Shown: positions 1 through 7,854 of the stretch, piece by piece
Position numbering within the stretch: the first letter of the stretch is position 1
How the letters are laid out: every line of letters starts with the position of its first letter
Source of the DNA: an uncultured Gemmatimonadota bacterium
Lineage (GTDB): Bacteria > SM23-81
DNA: 29,308 nt
Direction: 5' to 3'
NCBI GenBank assembly: GCA_964584035.1
Contig: CAZOYL010000020.1
Location: forward strand, 1-29,308
Notes under the pieces: model-generated
The model's database searches: none
Seen by the model: the letters and a program-made list of their open reading frames with translations, nothing else
What the model was told of the DNA's origin: nothing
Made by a program: the position numbers and the translations under genes

Positions 1-124
1 CCATCCGCCGGTCCGGCCGGTCCTCGATGAGCGCCGTCATACGTGCTGATAGTAGCGGATGCCCAGGGCAAAGACCCTCATCAGGACAAAAATGATGATC
101 TGGAACGTCGTGGTGAGATTGGTG

Positions 125-979
125 TTACTGGATATAAGCCCTCAGCCTTTTGCTGCGTGAGGCATGGCGCAGACGGCGGATGGCTTTTTCCTTGATCTGC
201 CGGACGCGCTCACGGGTGAGACCGAACTGGCTGCCGATTTCCTCCAGCGTGTAAGGCCGATCCCGATTGATCCCGAAATAGAGGCTGACCACCTCGGCCT
301 CTCGCACCGTCAGTGTCTCCAGCGCTCTGGCCACCTCGATCTTGAGGGACTCGTCCAGCAGAGCATCATCGGGAGCCGGCTGCAGCTCGTTGGCCAGCAC
401 ATCCAGCAGGGAGTTGTCCTCCCCGTGGGCGAAGGGAGCGTCCAGAGAAAGATGATTATTGGAGATCTTGAGCGTGTCCGTCACCTCGATGAGATTCATC
501 TCCAGTTCCCGGGCAATTTCCTCGGTGCTGGGTTCCCGGCCGAATTCCTGCTCCAGGGTGCTGGAGGTTTTTCCGATCTTATGGAGCGTCCCGACGCGGT
601 TCAGGGGGAGCCGAACGATACGGGACTGTTCCGCCAGGGCCTGAAGAATGGCCTGGCGGATCCACCAAACGGCATAGGAGATGAACTTGTAACCCCTTGT
701 TTCGTCAAAGCGTTTGGCCGCCTTAATGAGACCGATGTTACCCTCGTTCACCAGGTCGGCCAGGGACAGACCCTGGTTCTGATACTGTTTCGCCACGCTG
801 ACCACAAATCGCAGATTTGCCCGGGTGAGCTTATCGAGAGCTTTGGGATCCCCCTGGCGAATACGCCGGGCCAACTCGATTTCCTCTTCAACCGAGAGAA
901 GCGGTGTCTCCCCGATCTCTTGAAGGTAGACATCCAGAGATCTGTTGGCATCTCGATGACGCTGGCTGCGTCCACCCAT
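125..979 (-). CDS. rpoD: RNA polymerase sigma-70 factor, RpoD/SigA family, short form lacking region 1.1 (284 aa)
   Basis: Region 1.2 [10 protein letters not shown], region 2 [13 protein letters not shown]...[18 protein letters not shown]...[14 protein letters not shown], region 4.2 [17 protein letters not shown]. Start moved to ATG 979, which follows the RBS GGAAGGAG. The longer ORF (to 1165) overlaps htrA. Confidence 0.88.
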   Translation of the reverse strand: MGGRSQRHRDANRSLDVYLQEIGETPLLSVEEEIELARRIRQGDPKALDKLTRANLRFVVSVAKQYQNQGLSLADLVNEGNIGLIKAAKRFDETRGYKFISYAVWWIRQAILQALAEQSRIVRLPLNRVGTLHKIGKTSSTLEQEFGREPSTEEIARELEMNLIEVTDTLKISNNHLSLDAPFAHGEDNSLLDVLANELQPAPDDALLDESLKIEVARALETLTVREAEVVSLYFGINRDRPYTLEEIGSQFGLTRERVRQIKEKAIRRLRHASRSKRLRAYIQ

Positions 980-1040
980 GATCAAGGGTCTCCTTCCGGA
1001 AAATCGACGAAAGATCACTTGCAGAAGGCCTGACCGGGGC

Positions 1041-2573
1041 TCATTCCGGTTTGACGGCCACAAAACTGGTCCGTTCATTCCGCTCGATGAGAAAGCTGAT
1101 CGGCTTATCCTGGCCTTCGAGAGTATCCTGAACCCGCTGGTAATCGGACAGATCGTTGACATCATTCCAGTTGATCTTCAGAATGAAATCGCCCGGAACA
1201 ATACCGGCCTCTTCGGCCGGACTGCCGGCCTCCACCTGCACCACCACCACACCGCTCTTCTTCTCCAGGCCCAGTTGGCGGCCATACGGCCCGGACACAT
1301 TCTCGACCTCCATACCCAACCAGATCTGATCGGCTTTCTCGGGCTCGGTTGCGGCGGCAAGGTCCAGATACTCGGCTCGATCCCCGAGCTCGATGGTCAG
1401 GGTCCGGTCCTGTCCCTCGCGAACCACCATAACGCGCACCTTTGTTCCCGGGTTCTGATCGGCCACCATCATCCGGAACTGCTCGACATTGAGGACCTTT
1501 TCGCCGTTGAACCGGACGATGATGTCTCCCACCTTCAGTCCGCCTTTTTCAGCCGGAGTAGACGCATTCACCTGTCCCACGAGAACGCCTTCGGTGGACC
1601 CGAGATTGAGCGCCTCAGCCATATCGCGGGTGATCTCCTGAGGCAACATCCCCAGATACCCCCGAACGATTGTGCCGCTCTCTCTGAGCTCAGCGGCCAC
1701 CTTTTTGGCCATGTTGATCGGTATGGCAAAGCCGATGCCCTGACCCTGTGCATTGATGGCCGTATTGATGCCGATGACCTCTGCTCTGATATTCACCAGG
1801 GGGCCGCCGCTGTTGCCAAAGTTGATGGAAGCATCCGTCTGGATGAAATTCTGGTACGCCGGGGCTCCACCCAGGATATCCAGATTGGACCGCCCCTTGG
1901 CGCTGATCACCCCGACCGTGACCGTTCGGTCCAGCCCGAAGGGATTCCCCACCGCGATGGCCCAGTCGCCCACCTGAATGGCGTCGGAATCGCCCAGCCT
2001 GGCCACATCCTCCGGAGGCAGCGGATCATCGATCTGAAGTTTGATCAGCGCCACGTCCGTTTCCGGATCCTGGCCGACCAGGGAGGCGTCGAACTCCCGG
2101 TCATCTGAGAGACGCACCTTGATCTTTTCGGCGCCGGTGATCACGTGATTATTGGTCAGAATATATCCCTGGACGTCGATGATGACGCCCGATCCCAAAC
2201 TCTGTTCGCGCATCCGCTGGCGCTGGCGGGGCTGCTCCTCCCGTTCCCGGAAAAACTCCTCAAAGGGATTGTCAAAAAACCGAAAAGGATCCCAGGGCAC
2301 CCCCGATTGCTCCGTAACTCGCTCGGCGCTGATATTGGCCACCGTCGGCTTGACCCTCTCGGCCACGCTCACGAAGGGACTGGGAACGGTATATATGTCC
2401 GCGCTCTGAGCCTCTGAGGGACTGGCGACCATATCCACCGGAGATGGCGATACATTCCGCGTTGCCGGGCTGAGATACGACCAGAGTATCATCCCGGCGA
2501 AAAGAATCAGCGACGCCAGAGCCATGGTAATGACCAGGTTCTTGAACGTTTGCAACGATCCCCGATGAGCCAT
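1041..2573 (-). CDS. htrA: DegP/DegQ/HtrA family serine endoprotease with two PDZ domains
   Basis: N-terminal TM/signal segment, triad motifs LTNNHV, DVALIK and INFGNSGGP, two C-terminal PDZ repeats, RBS GGAGG. Confidence 0.95.
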   Translation of the reverse strand: MAHRGSLQTFKNLVITMALASLILFAGMILWSYLSPATRNVSPSPVDMVASPSEAQSADIYTVPSPFVSVAERVKPTVANISAERVTEQSGVPWDPFRFFDNPFEEFFREREEQPRQRQRMREQSLGSGVIIDVQGYILTNNHVITGAEKIKVRLSDDREFDASLVGQDPETDVALIKLQIDDPLPPEDVARLGDSDAIQVGDWAIAVGNPFGLDRTVTVGVISAKGRSNLDILGGAPAYQNFIQTDASINFGNSGGPLVNIRAEVIGINTAINAQGQGIGFAIPINMAKKVAAELRESGTIVRGYLGMLPQEITRDMAEALNLGSTEGVLVGQVNASTPAEKGGLKVGDIIVRFNGEKVLNVEQFRMMVADQNPGTKVRVMVVREGQDRTLTIELGDRAEYLDLAAATEPEKADQIWLGMEVENVSGPYGRQLGLEKKSGVVVVQVEAGSPAEEAGIVPGDFILKINWNDVNDLSDYQRVQDTLEGQDKPISFLIERNERTSFVAVKPE

Positions 2574-2607
2574 AGCAAACCTCCCGGCCGATGCATCCAG
2601 GGGCCAT

Positions 2608-3795
2608 TTAGATTACGTGATACTTTTTTCCGATCTTGGTGAAAGCCGCGATGGCCTTGTCGAGATGTTTACGGGTGTGGGCGGCCGAAAGCTGCACCCG
2701 GATACGGGCCTGCCCTTTGGGAACCACGGGATAATAGAAACCGATCACATAGATGCCTTCGGCCAGCAGGTCTCTGGCCATATCCTGACTGAGCTTGGCC
2801 TCATACAGCATGATCGGCACGATGGGGTGTACGCCCGGCTTGATGTCGAAGCCCGCCGCCGTCATCTGCTCACGAAAATAGGTGGTGTTCTCCTCCAGCC
2901 GGTCCCTCAGCTCGGTCGTCTTGCTGAGCAGGTCGAAAACGGCCATGGACGCCCCCACCACGGCAGGGGCCAGCGTGTTTGAGAACAGATAGGGGCGGCT
3001 TCGCTGGCGGTACAGCTCGATAATCTCCTTGCGGCCGGAGGCAAATCCCCCGGAAGCTCCTCCCAGGGCCTTGCCCAGGGTTCCGGTGATGATATCCACG
3101 CGCCCCATGACCCCGCGATGTTCAATCGAGCCCCGCCCGGTGGAACCCAGAAAACCGGTGGCATGAGCGTCGTCGACCATGACCAGCGCGTCATATCGAT
3201 CCGCCAGGTCGCAGATCTCATCCAGCTTGGCGATATCCCCGTCCATGCTGAAAACTCCGTCCGTGGCGATGAGGCGATACTTGAGCCCCTGAGATTCCTT
3301 CAGCTTGGCCTCCAGATCCTTCATGTCGCCGTGCTGGTACACGAAGCGCTGAGCCTTGCACAGCCGCACTCCATCGATGATGGATGCATGATTGAGGGCA
3401 TCGGAGATGATGGCGCAATCCTTATCTAGCAGGGGTTCGAAAATACCCCCATTGGCATCGAAACAGGCGGCGTAGAGAATGGTGTCCTCGGTCTGCAGAA
3501 ACTGAGAGATCTTTTTCTCCAGCTCCTTATGGATCTTCTGCGTTCCGCAGATGAACCGCACCGAGCTCATCCCGTAACCCCACTGATCCAGAGTGCGATG
3601 AGCCGCCTCGATAACCTTGGGATGAGAGGAAAGACCGAGATAATTATTGGCGCAGAAATTGAGCACCTGTTGACCGCCCTCTACCGTGATCTCGGCGCCC
3701 TGCGATCCGGCAATCACCCATTCTTCTTTATACAGCCCGTCTTCGCGGATCTGACCAATGATACCCTGAAGATCTTTCTTGATGTCACCGTACAT
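2608..3795 (-). CDS. kbl: Glycine C-acetyltransferase (2-amino-3-ketobutyrate CoA ligase)
   Basis: [46 protein letters not shown] (PLP Lys). ATG 3795 follows GAGGAGG. Adjacent to tdh. Confidence 0.96.
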   Translation of the reverse strand: MYGDIKKDLQGIIGQIREDGLYKEEWVIAGSQGAEITVEGGQQVLNFCANNYLGLSSHPKVIEAAHRTLDQWGYGMSSVRFICGTQKIHKELEKKISQFLQTEDTILYAACFDANGGIFEPLLDKDCAIISDALNHASIIDGVRLCKAQRFVYQHGDMKDLEAKLKESQGLKYRLIATDGVFSMDGDIAKLDEICDLADRYDALVMVDDAHATGFLGSTGRGSIEHRGVMGRVDIITGTLGKALGGASGGFASGRKEIIELYRQRSRPYLFSNTLAPAVVGASMAVFDLLSKTTELRDRLEENTTYFREQMTAAGFDIKPGVHPIVPIMLYEAKLSQDMARDLLAEGIYVIGFYYPVVPKGQARIRVQLSAAHTRKHLDKAIAAFTKIGKKYHVI

Positions 3796-3870
3796 CAGCG
3801 CCTCCTCGGAAGAGAATGAATCCGTTTCAATCGAACCTACCATCTGCTTCCGGCACTTTATTCCTCTTCT

Positions 3871-4980
3871 CTAACGAATCCGGGCCTGCGCTTTTTCCAG
3901 CTCGGCACGGTCCGGAAAGAGAACCACTTTGGCCGAGGCTCGCGGGCGCTCCATCATCACCTCAAAACCCTTGGCATAGTCCTCCAGCGGATACAGATGG
4001 GTGATCACGGGAGCGATATCCAGCCGGCTGGAGGCCAGGAGGTTCCGCACCCGGAACCAGGTATCGAACATCCTCCGGCCGTTGATGCCGTGAACCTGAG
4101 CCCCTTTAAAGACGATGCCGTTATTGTAATCGATCGGCGTCGGCGAAACAGATGCCACTCCAAAGGCCGTAAAACGTCCGCCTTTTCTGAGCATGAGAAA
4201 GCCTTCTTCAAGCGCCTGGGGGCTGCCGGCCATGTCCAGCACGATGTCGGCGCCGTATCCGTAGGTGTGATCCCTGACCCATGCGATGCGATCGATATCG
4301 TCCCGATTGGCATACAGCAGATGATCGGCGCCCATTCTTTTGCCGATATCCATGTTGAAGTCGTATTTGCCCACCAGGAAAATGTTGGCCACGCCGCAGG
4401 CCCGGGCGACTCCGACGGCGAACAACGCGATGGGGCCGTCTCCGATGATGGCCATGCTCTTTCCGGCTACATCGTTATCTTCTCCCAGCACCGCGTAGGT
4501 GGCGTTGCCCAGAGGTTCCTGAACGGTGGCGAACTCCGGCGGAATGCTCTTGTCGTTCACCCAGCAAACCGACTCCGGCACGGCGAAATATTCGGCGAAA
4601 GCTCCGTCGCAATCGACCCCCAGAATGGACAGATTGGCACAGATATGCTGCTGGCCGGTAAGACACTGAATACATCGCCCGCAAGGGATATGCGTTTCGG
4701 CTGAAACATAATCACCCACCTTCACCCTGGTGACCTGAGCGCCCGCCTCGACCACCTCGCCGGCCACCTCGTGACCCAGAATCTGGGGAAGTCTTTTCTC
4801 TCCAATGCGGCCCTGGGACCATGGATCCCATTTATATATGTGCACATCCGTTCCACAGATGGAAGTGGCCCCGACCTTGACCAGGACCTGATCCGGCGCG
4901 ATACGGGGAACATTCACCTGGAGCCATTCAGCACCCGGTTGGGGCTTCGTTTTCACCACGGCATTCATCTTCTCGGGCAT
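3871..4980 (-). CDS. tdh: L-threonine 3-dehydrogenase (Zn-dependent MDR family)
   Basis: SICGTDVHIY, GHEVAG, SAETHIPCGRCIQC...C, GINGRRMFDTW. Paired with kbl. RBS AAGGAG. Confidence 0.88.
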   Translation of the reverse strand: MPEKMNAVVKTKPQPGAEWLQVNVPRIAPDQVLVKVGATSICGTDVHIYKWDPWSQGRIGEKRLPQILGHEVAGEVVEAGAQVTRVKVGDYVSAETHIPCGRCIQCLTGQQHICANLSILGVDCDGAFAEYFAVPESVCWVNDKSIPPEFATVQEPLGNATYAVLGEDNDVAGKSMAIIGDGPIALFAVGVARACGVANIFLVGKYDFNMDIGKRMGADHLLYANRDDIDRIAWVRDHTYGYGADIVLDMAGSPQALEEGFLMLRKGGRFTAFGVASVSPTPIDYNNGIVFKGAQVHGINGRRMFDTWFRVRNLLASSRLDIAPVITHLYPLEDYAKGFEVMMERPRASAKVVLFPDRAELEKAQARIR

Positions 4981-5226
4981 GGATCGAATCTCCTTCCGGT
5001 CGATCGGTCAGCCGGTCACGACGCCGGCCTTGACGTCGATCAAGTTCATTATTCCGTATGGAAAAAGGGACACTGGAGGATCTCAGGGGGTATCCCGCTG
5101 CTGCCTCTGTCTGTCCCTTTTCGCTGCAGCGAACGTCGCCGGTCACAGCGCAGGGCTCCGGCCTTGATCTCCTGGATCCGGACCGCCCAAAGACCCTCTG
5201 ATTGTTGATCGCGGTCCCCTGAGAAC
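4981..5226 (-). ncRNA. Candidate structured RNA / 5' leader of tdh-kbl (unassigned family)
   Basis: About 245 nt between a strong promoter and the tdh start, containing several perfect inverted repeats and a terminator-like hairpin with U-tract at 5062-5121. Confidence 0.45.
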
Positions 5227-5232
5227 AATGAC

Positions 5233-5261
5233 ATTGTAACATAGGCAGGTGATGTTGTCAA
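5233..5261 (-). promoter_or_regulatory. Sigma70 promoter upstream of the tdh leader
   Basis: TTGACA (5261-5256), 17 nt spacer, TACAAT (5238-5233), with extended -10 TG. Confidence 0.85.
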
Positions 5262-5300
5262 CAGGAAATTTCCCGACAGCCGTCACCTCCCCGCTGCTCG

Positions 5301-6398
5301 CTATTGTTCACCGCTGAGCTCTTCGGACTTCTTGAATGCCTCTTCGCCCCTTTCCTTCATCCCTTTCTTGATATAGATGATGGCCAGCTGGTACCAGACA
5401 TCGGGACTATCGGGGGCCAGTTCCGCCGCCTTTTCCAGACTGATCATGGCTCCGTCCAGATCATTCAGGTTCAACTGCGCGGCCGCCAGATTGAACCAGG
5501 AATCCACATCCTCCGGATCGAGCTCCGTAACCCTCTGAAACAGGGGTTTGGCGGCCTGGAAGTTCTTCAAGTCCCGGGCGTACAGTACGCCGAGATTGTA
5601 TACGAAATTTTTCTCCTCGGGATGCGTTTCGATGGCCTGGCGGTAAACCCTGACGGCCTCATTGAGAGTTGTCTTGACCGCCTCCATCACTTTCAGCGAA
5701 TCGTCTCCGGTGGCCGCCGATGTCAGATCCCCGCGCTGTTCTTCGGCCAGCTCCTCCAGAGAAATGGTCCACATGGTGAGAGCATTCTTATTGCTGGGAT
5801 CGACCAGCAGAGCGCTCTCGAACATTTTGGCGGCCTGTTCTTCCTGGTCTTGCTTGAAATAGATGACTCCCGAATTGATCTTGGCGGCGACATTATCCGG
5901 GTCCAGTGCGAGAACCTGGCGATAGGCTTCCAGGGCCTCATCGAGACGGTCGAGATTGGTATAGGCAAATCCCAGGTTATTGAAAGCATCCGGATTGTTG
6001 GAATCGATCATCGTGGCCGTGGTGAACTCCTCCAGGGCCTTTTGGTAATTCTGATCTTTTCCCGCCTGAACACCGCGGTTAAAGGCCATGGTCCACTTTT
6101 CGGCGATCACGCCCTGGATATTATCCTTCCACTGTTGGCTGATATCCAGCGAGGCCTGAAATTCGGTGACCATCTCCGCATAGCGGTTCTGTTCACTATA
6201 AGCTCTGCCCAATAAATAATGCGCCTCGGCGTTTTTGGGCTCCTGTTGAACAGCGATCTCCAGCTGTTCCCTGGCATTATCCCAATCCTGCTGCTGAATA
6301 TAGACCTTGGCGCCGGTCAGCGCCGGGTTCTGGCAGCCGGCCCACAGGATCAGACCGGCCAATAAGGCGACCGAAAGAACCGCATGACGTGCGTTCAT
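5301..6398 (-). CDS. Tetratricopeptide-repeat lipoprotein
   Basis: ATG 6398 follows GGAGAGGAG. Signal peptide with lipobox-like LWAG-C. Multiple TPRs (AEAHYLLG, PDAFNNLG, VDSWFNLA, PDVWYQLA). Confidence 0.88.
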   Translation of the reverse strand: MNARHAVLSVALLAGLILWAGCQNPALTGAKVYIQQQDWDNAREQLEIAVQQEPKNAEAHYLLGRAYSEQNRYAEMVTEFQASLDISQQWKDNIQGVIAEKWTMAFNRGVQAGKDQNYQKALEEFTTATMIDSNNPDAFNNLGFAYTNLDRLDEALEAYRQVLALDPDNVAAKINSGVIYFKQDQEEQAAKMFESALLVDPSNKNALTMWTISLEELAEEQRGDLTSAATGDDSLKVMEAVKTTLNEAVRVYRQAIETHPEEKNFVYNLGVLYARDLKNFQAAKPLFQRVTELDPEDVDSWFNLAAAQLNLNDLDGAMISLEKAAELAPDSPDVWYQLAIIYIKKGMKERGEEAFKKSEELSGEQ

Positions 6399-6457
6399 TT
6401 TCTCCTCTCCATAGTCCGGGGTGAATGTTTCACCAGCCTCACAATGTTTCACCATCC

Positions 6458-7822
6458 TCACCACTGTAAGCGAACGGTATAGGTGACCACCACCTCTCCA
6501 TCGGAGGGCACCTGCAGGGGAAATTCCACAGTGCTGACATCTTTCTTGCGGACCTCATGACTTGACTGAGCGATGGTCCAATCGCCCCAGAGGTGCTCGA
6601 CGGCCACCACTTCCACGGCTTCCTCTTTATGATTACGGATCCTTATTTCATATGATTCCTCCCGGGAGCGATCGGTCAACTTACGCGATTGTGTCTGTTT
6701 TCTTTCTCCCACGACATCGAATGCGTTGCCCAGGAACACGCGCACCTTCTCATCCTTGGGCGTGTGGGGCACCAGATCCTCGCCGACGAACTGAAGATTT
6801 TCATCTCTGTCCACCTTGTAAACGCGTAACTTCCCCTCCGGAAGAGGGATGCCTAAACCATTCTGCTGCTTGTTGTCGAATTCCAGATTGACCCGCACCT
6901 TGGCATCGCCTGTTCTGCCGTCGTAGGTGAGAATTTTCTTGACCGACACCTCCGCCTCCGGAAAAAGGGTCAGCTGTTTGATCTGCCGGTCCGCTATGGT
7001 CGTGGGACGGGTCAGGGTATAGAGATGGTATTCGAAGAAAGCCTGCTCCTCGAACTGAGGGACGCCCATGCCGACGGGAGCCTCGGTGGCGCGCGCGTAA
7101 TCCATCATCTTCATCTCGGGCGCCACCCGATGGACATCGCCGGCCACCAGTTGCAATCCGGCTGACCGATAGGTGGCGCCGGAGCGATTATCGATGGAAA
7201 CCCATCCACCGAGTTCCAGGTGGGTATCGTTCCGGTCGACCGTGGCCACGTATTCAGCATGCCAATCCACTCCACCGGTTAAATAACTGACCTCGAGCTG
7301 GTGAACACCGGATCGTTCGCTATCCAGCAGCCAGACCAGCGTCGGGCGTGTGATCAGCCCCTGGGGCAGCTGCGGGAACTCCAGGATCTGAACCTCGGAG
7401 GCCTTGATGATCTTGAACTCGCCGGAGACATCCCGAAGAATCAGATCATCGGCGGCCGACAGCAGCGTGCCCTCGAAAAAGCGTTCATCCTTCGCCAGCA
7501 GGCTGATGTTCTGGTCCAGATACTTCTGCAGCAGCCGGCGGGAGTCGACCAGATCGTATTCGTAATTCTGCTCCAGGATGGATACCTTCTCGGGTGCCGT
7601 CAGAGACCGGATTCGTACCGAGGTGGGATCGATCTGCGCGGCCACATCCCCGAAGCGAACGGATTCCCGCCCCCGGGGAAGCGCCACGCTGCGAACCTCG
7701 CGAACCAGGGCGAAATCTCCGTTATAGATCGTCAGGGCAACCTCCTCGGCCCCTGCGGGAATCACCGTACACACCCAGGCCAGAATGGTCATCACGACAA
7801 GCCATCTCATCCTTATCATCAT
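6458..7822 (-). CDS. DUF4139 domain-containing secreted protein
   Basis: Signal peptide, then ALTIYNGDFALVRE, IDPTSV, EQNYEYDL, SYLTGGVDWHAEY, FFEYHLY, FVGED and AFDVVGER, typical of the DUF4139/DUF4140 family. Confidence 0.85.
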   Translation of the reverse strand: MMIRMRWLVVMTILAWVCTVIPAGAEEVALTIYNGDFALVREVRSVALPRGRESVRFGDVAAQIDPTSVRIRSLTAPEKVSILEQNYEYDLVDSRRLLQKYLDQNISLLAKDERFFEGTLLSAADDLILRDVSGEFKIIKASEVQILEFPQLPQGLITRPTLVWLLDSERSGVHQLEVSYLTGGVDWHAEYVATVDRNDTHLELGGWVSIDNRSGATYRSAGLQLVAGDVHRVAPEMKMMDYARATEAPVGMGVPQFEEQAFFEYHLYTLTRPTTIADRQIKQLTLFPEAEVSVKKILTYDGRTGDAKVRVNLEFDNKQQNGLGIPLPEGKLRVYKVDRDENLQFVGEDLVPHTPKDEKVRVFLGNAFDVVGERKQTQSRKLTDRSREESYEIRIRNHKEEAVEVVAVEHLWGDWTIAQSSHEVRKKDVSTVEFPLQVPSDGEVVVTYTVRLQW

Positions 7823-7854
7823 CTGTGTCCTTTTCGACGATGGCGGTCAGACCG

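Noticed and set aside
41..124. Stop-codon read-through of the sigma gene into a His/Cys-rich extension in frame with ATG 40
   Set aside because: The stop is TAA, the sigma ends at its normal position and this frame has poor codon bias.
164..2108. Long plus-strand ORFs 164-1033 and 978-2108
   Set aside because: Antisense shadows of the sigma factor and htrA genes, expected in GC-rich DNA. No recognisable motifs.
5062..5226. Assignment as a canonical glycine or ZTP riboswitch
   Set aside because: Fragments resemble them (TCTCAGG, GGAGA, GTGACCGGCGA), but the glycine motifs are out of order with no CCGAAG, and the ZTP 3' CGCCTGGGC stem is absent.
5049..5261. 70-aa minus-strand ORF as a leader peptide for tdh
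   Set aside because: Its start codons lie within the -35/-10 boxes, so they would not be transcribed. No Thr/Gly codon run.
5275..5300. GCGGGGAGGTGACGG resembling the Alu domain of large SRP RNA
   Set aside because: It lies upstream of the promoter and no SRP helix-8 motif follows.
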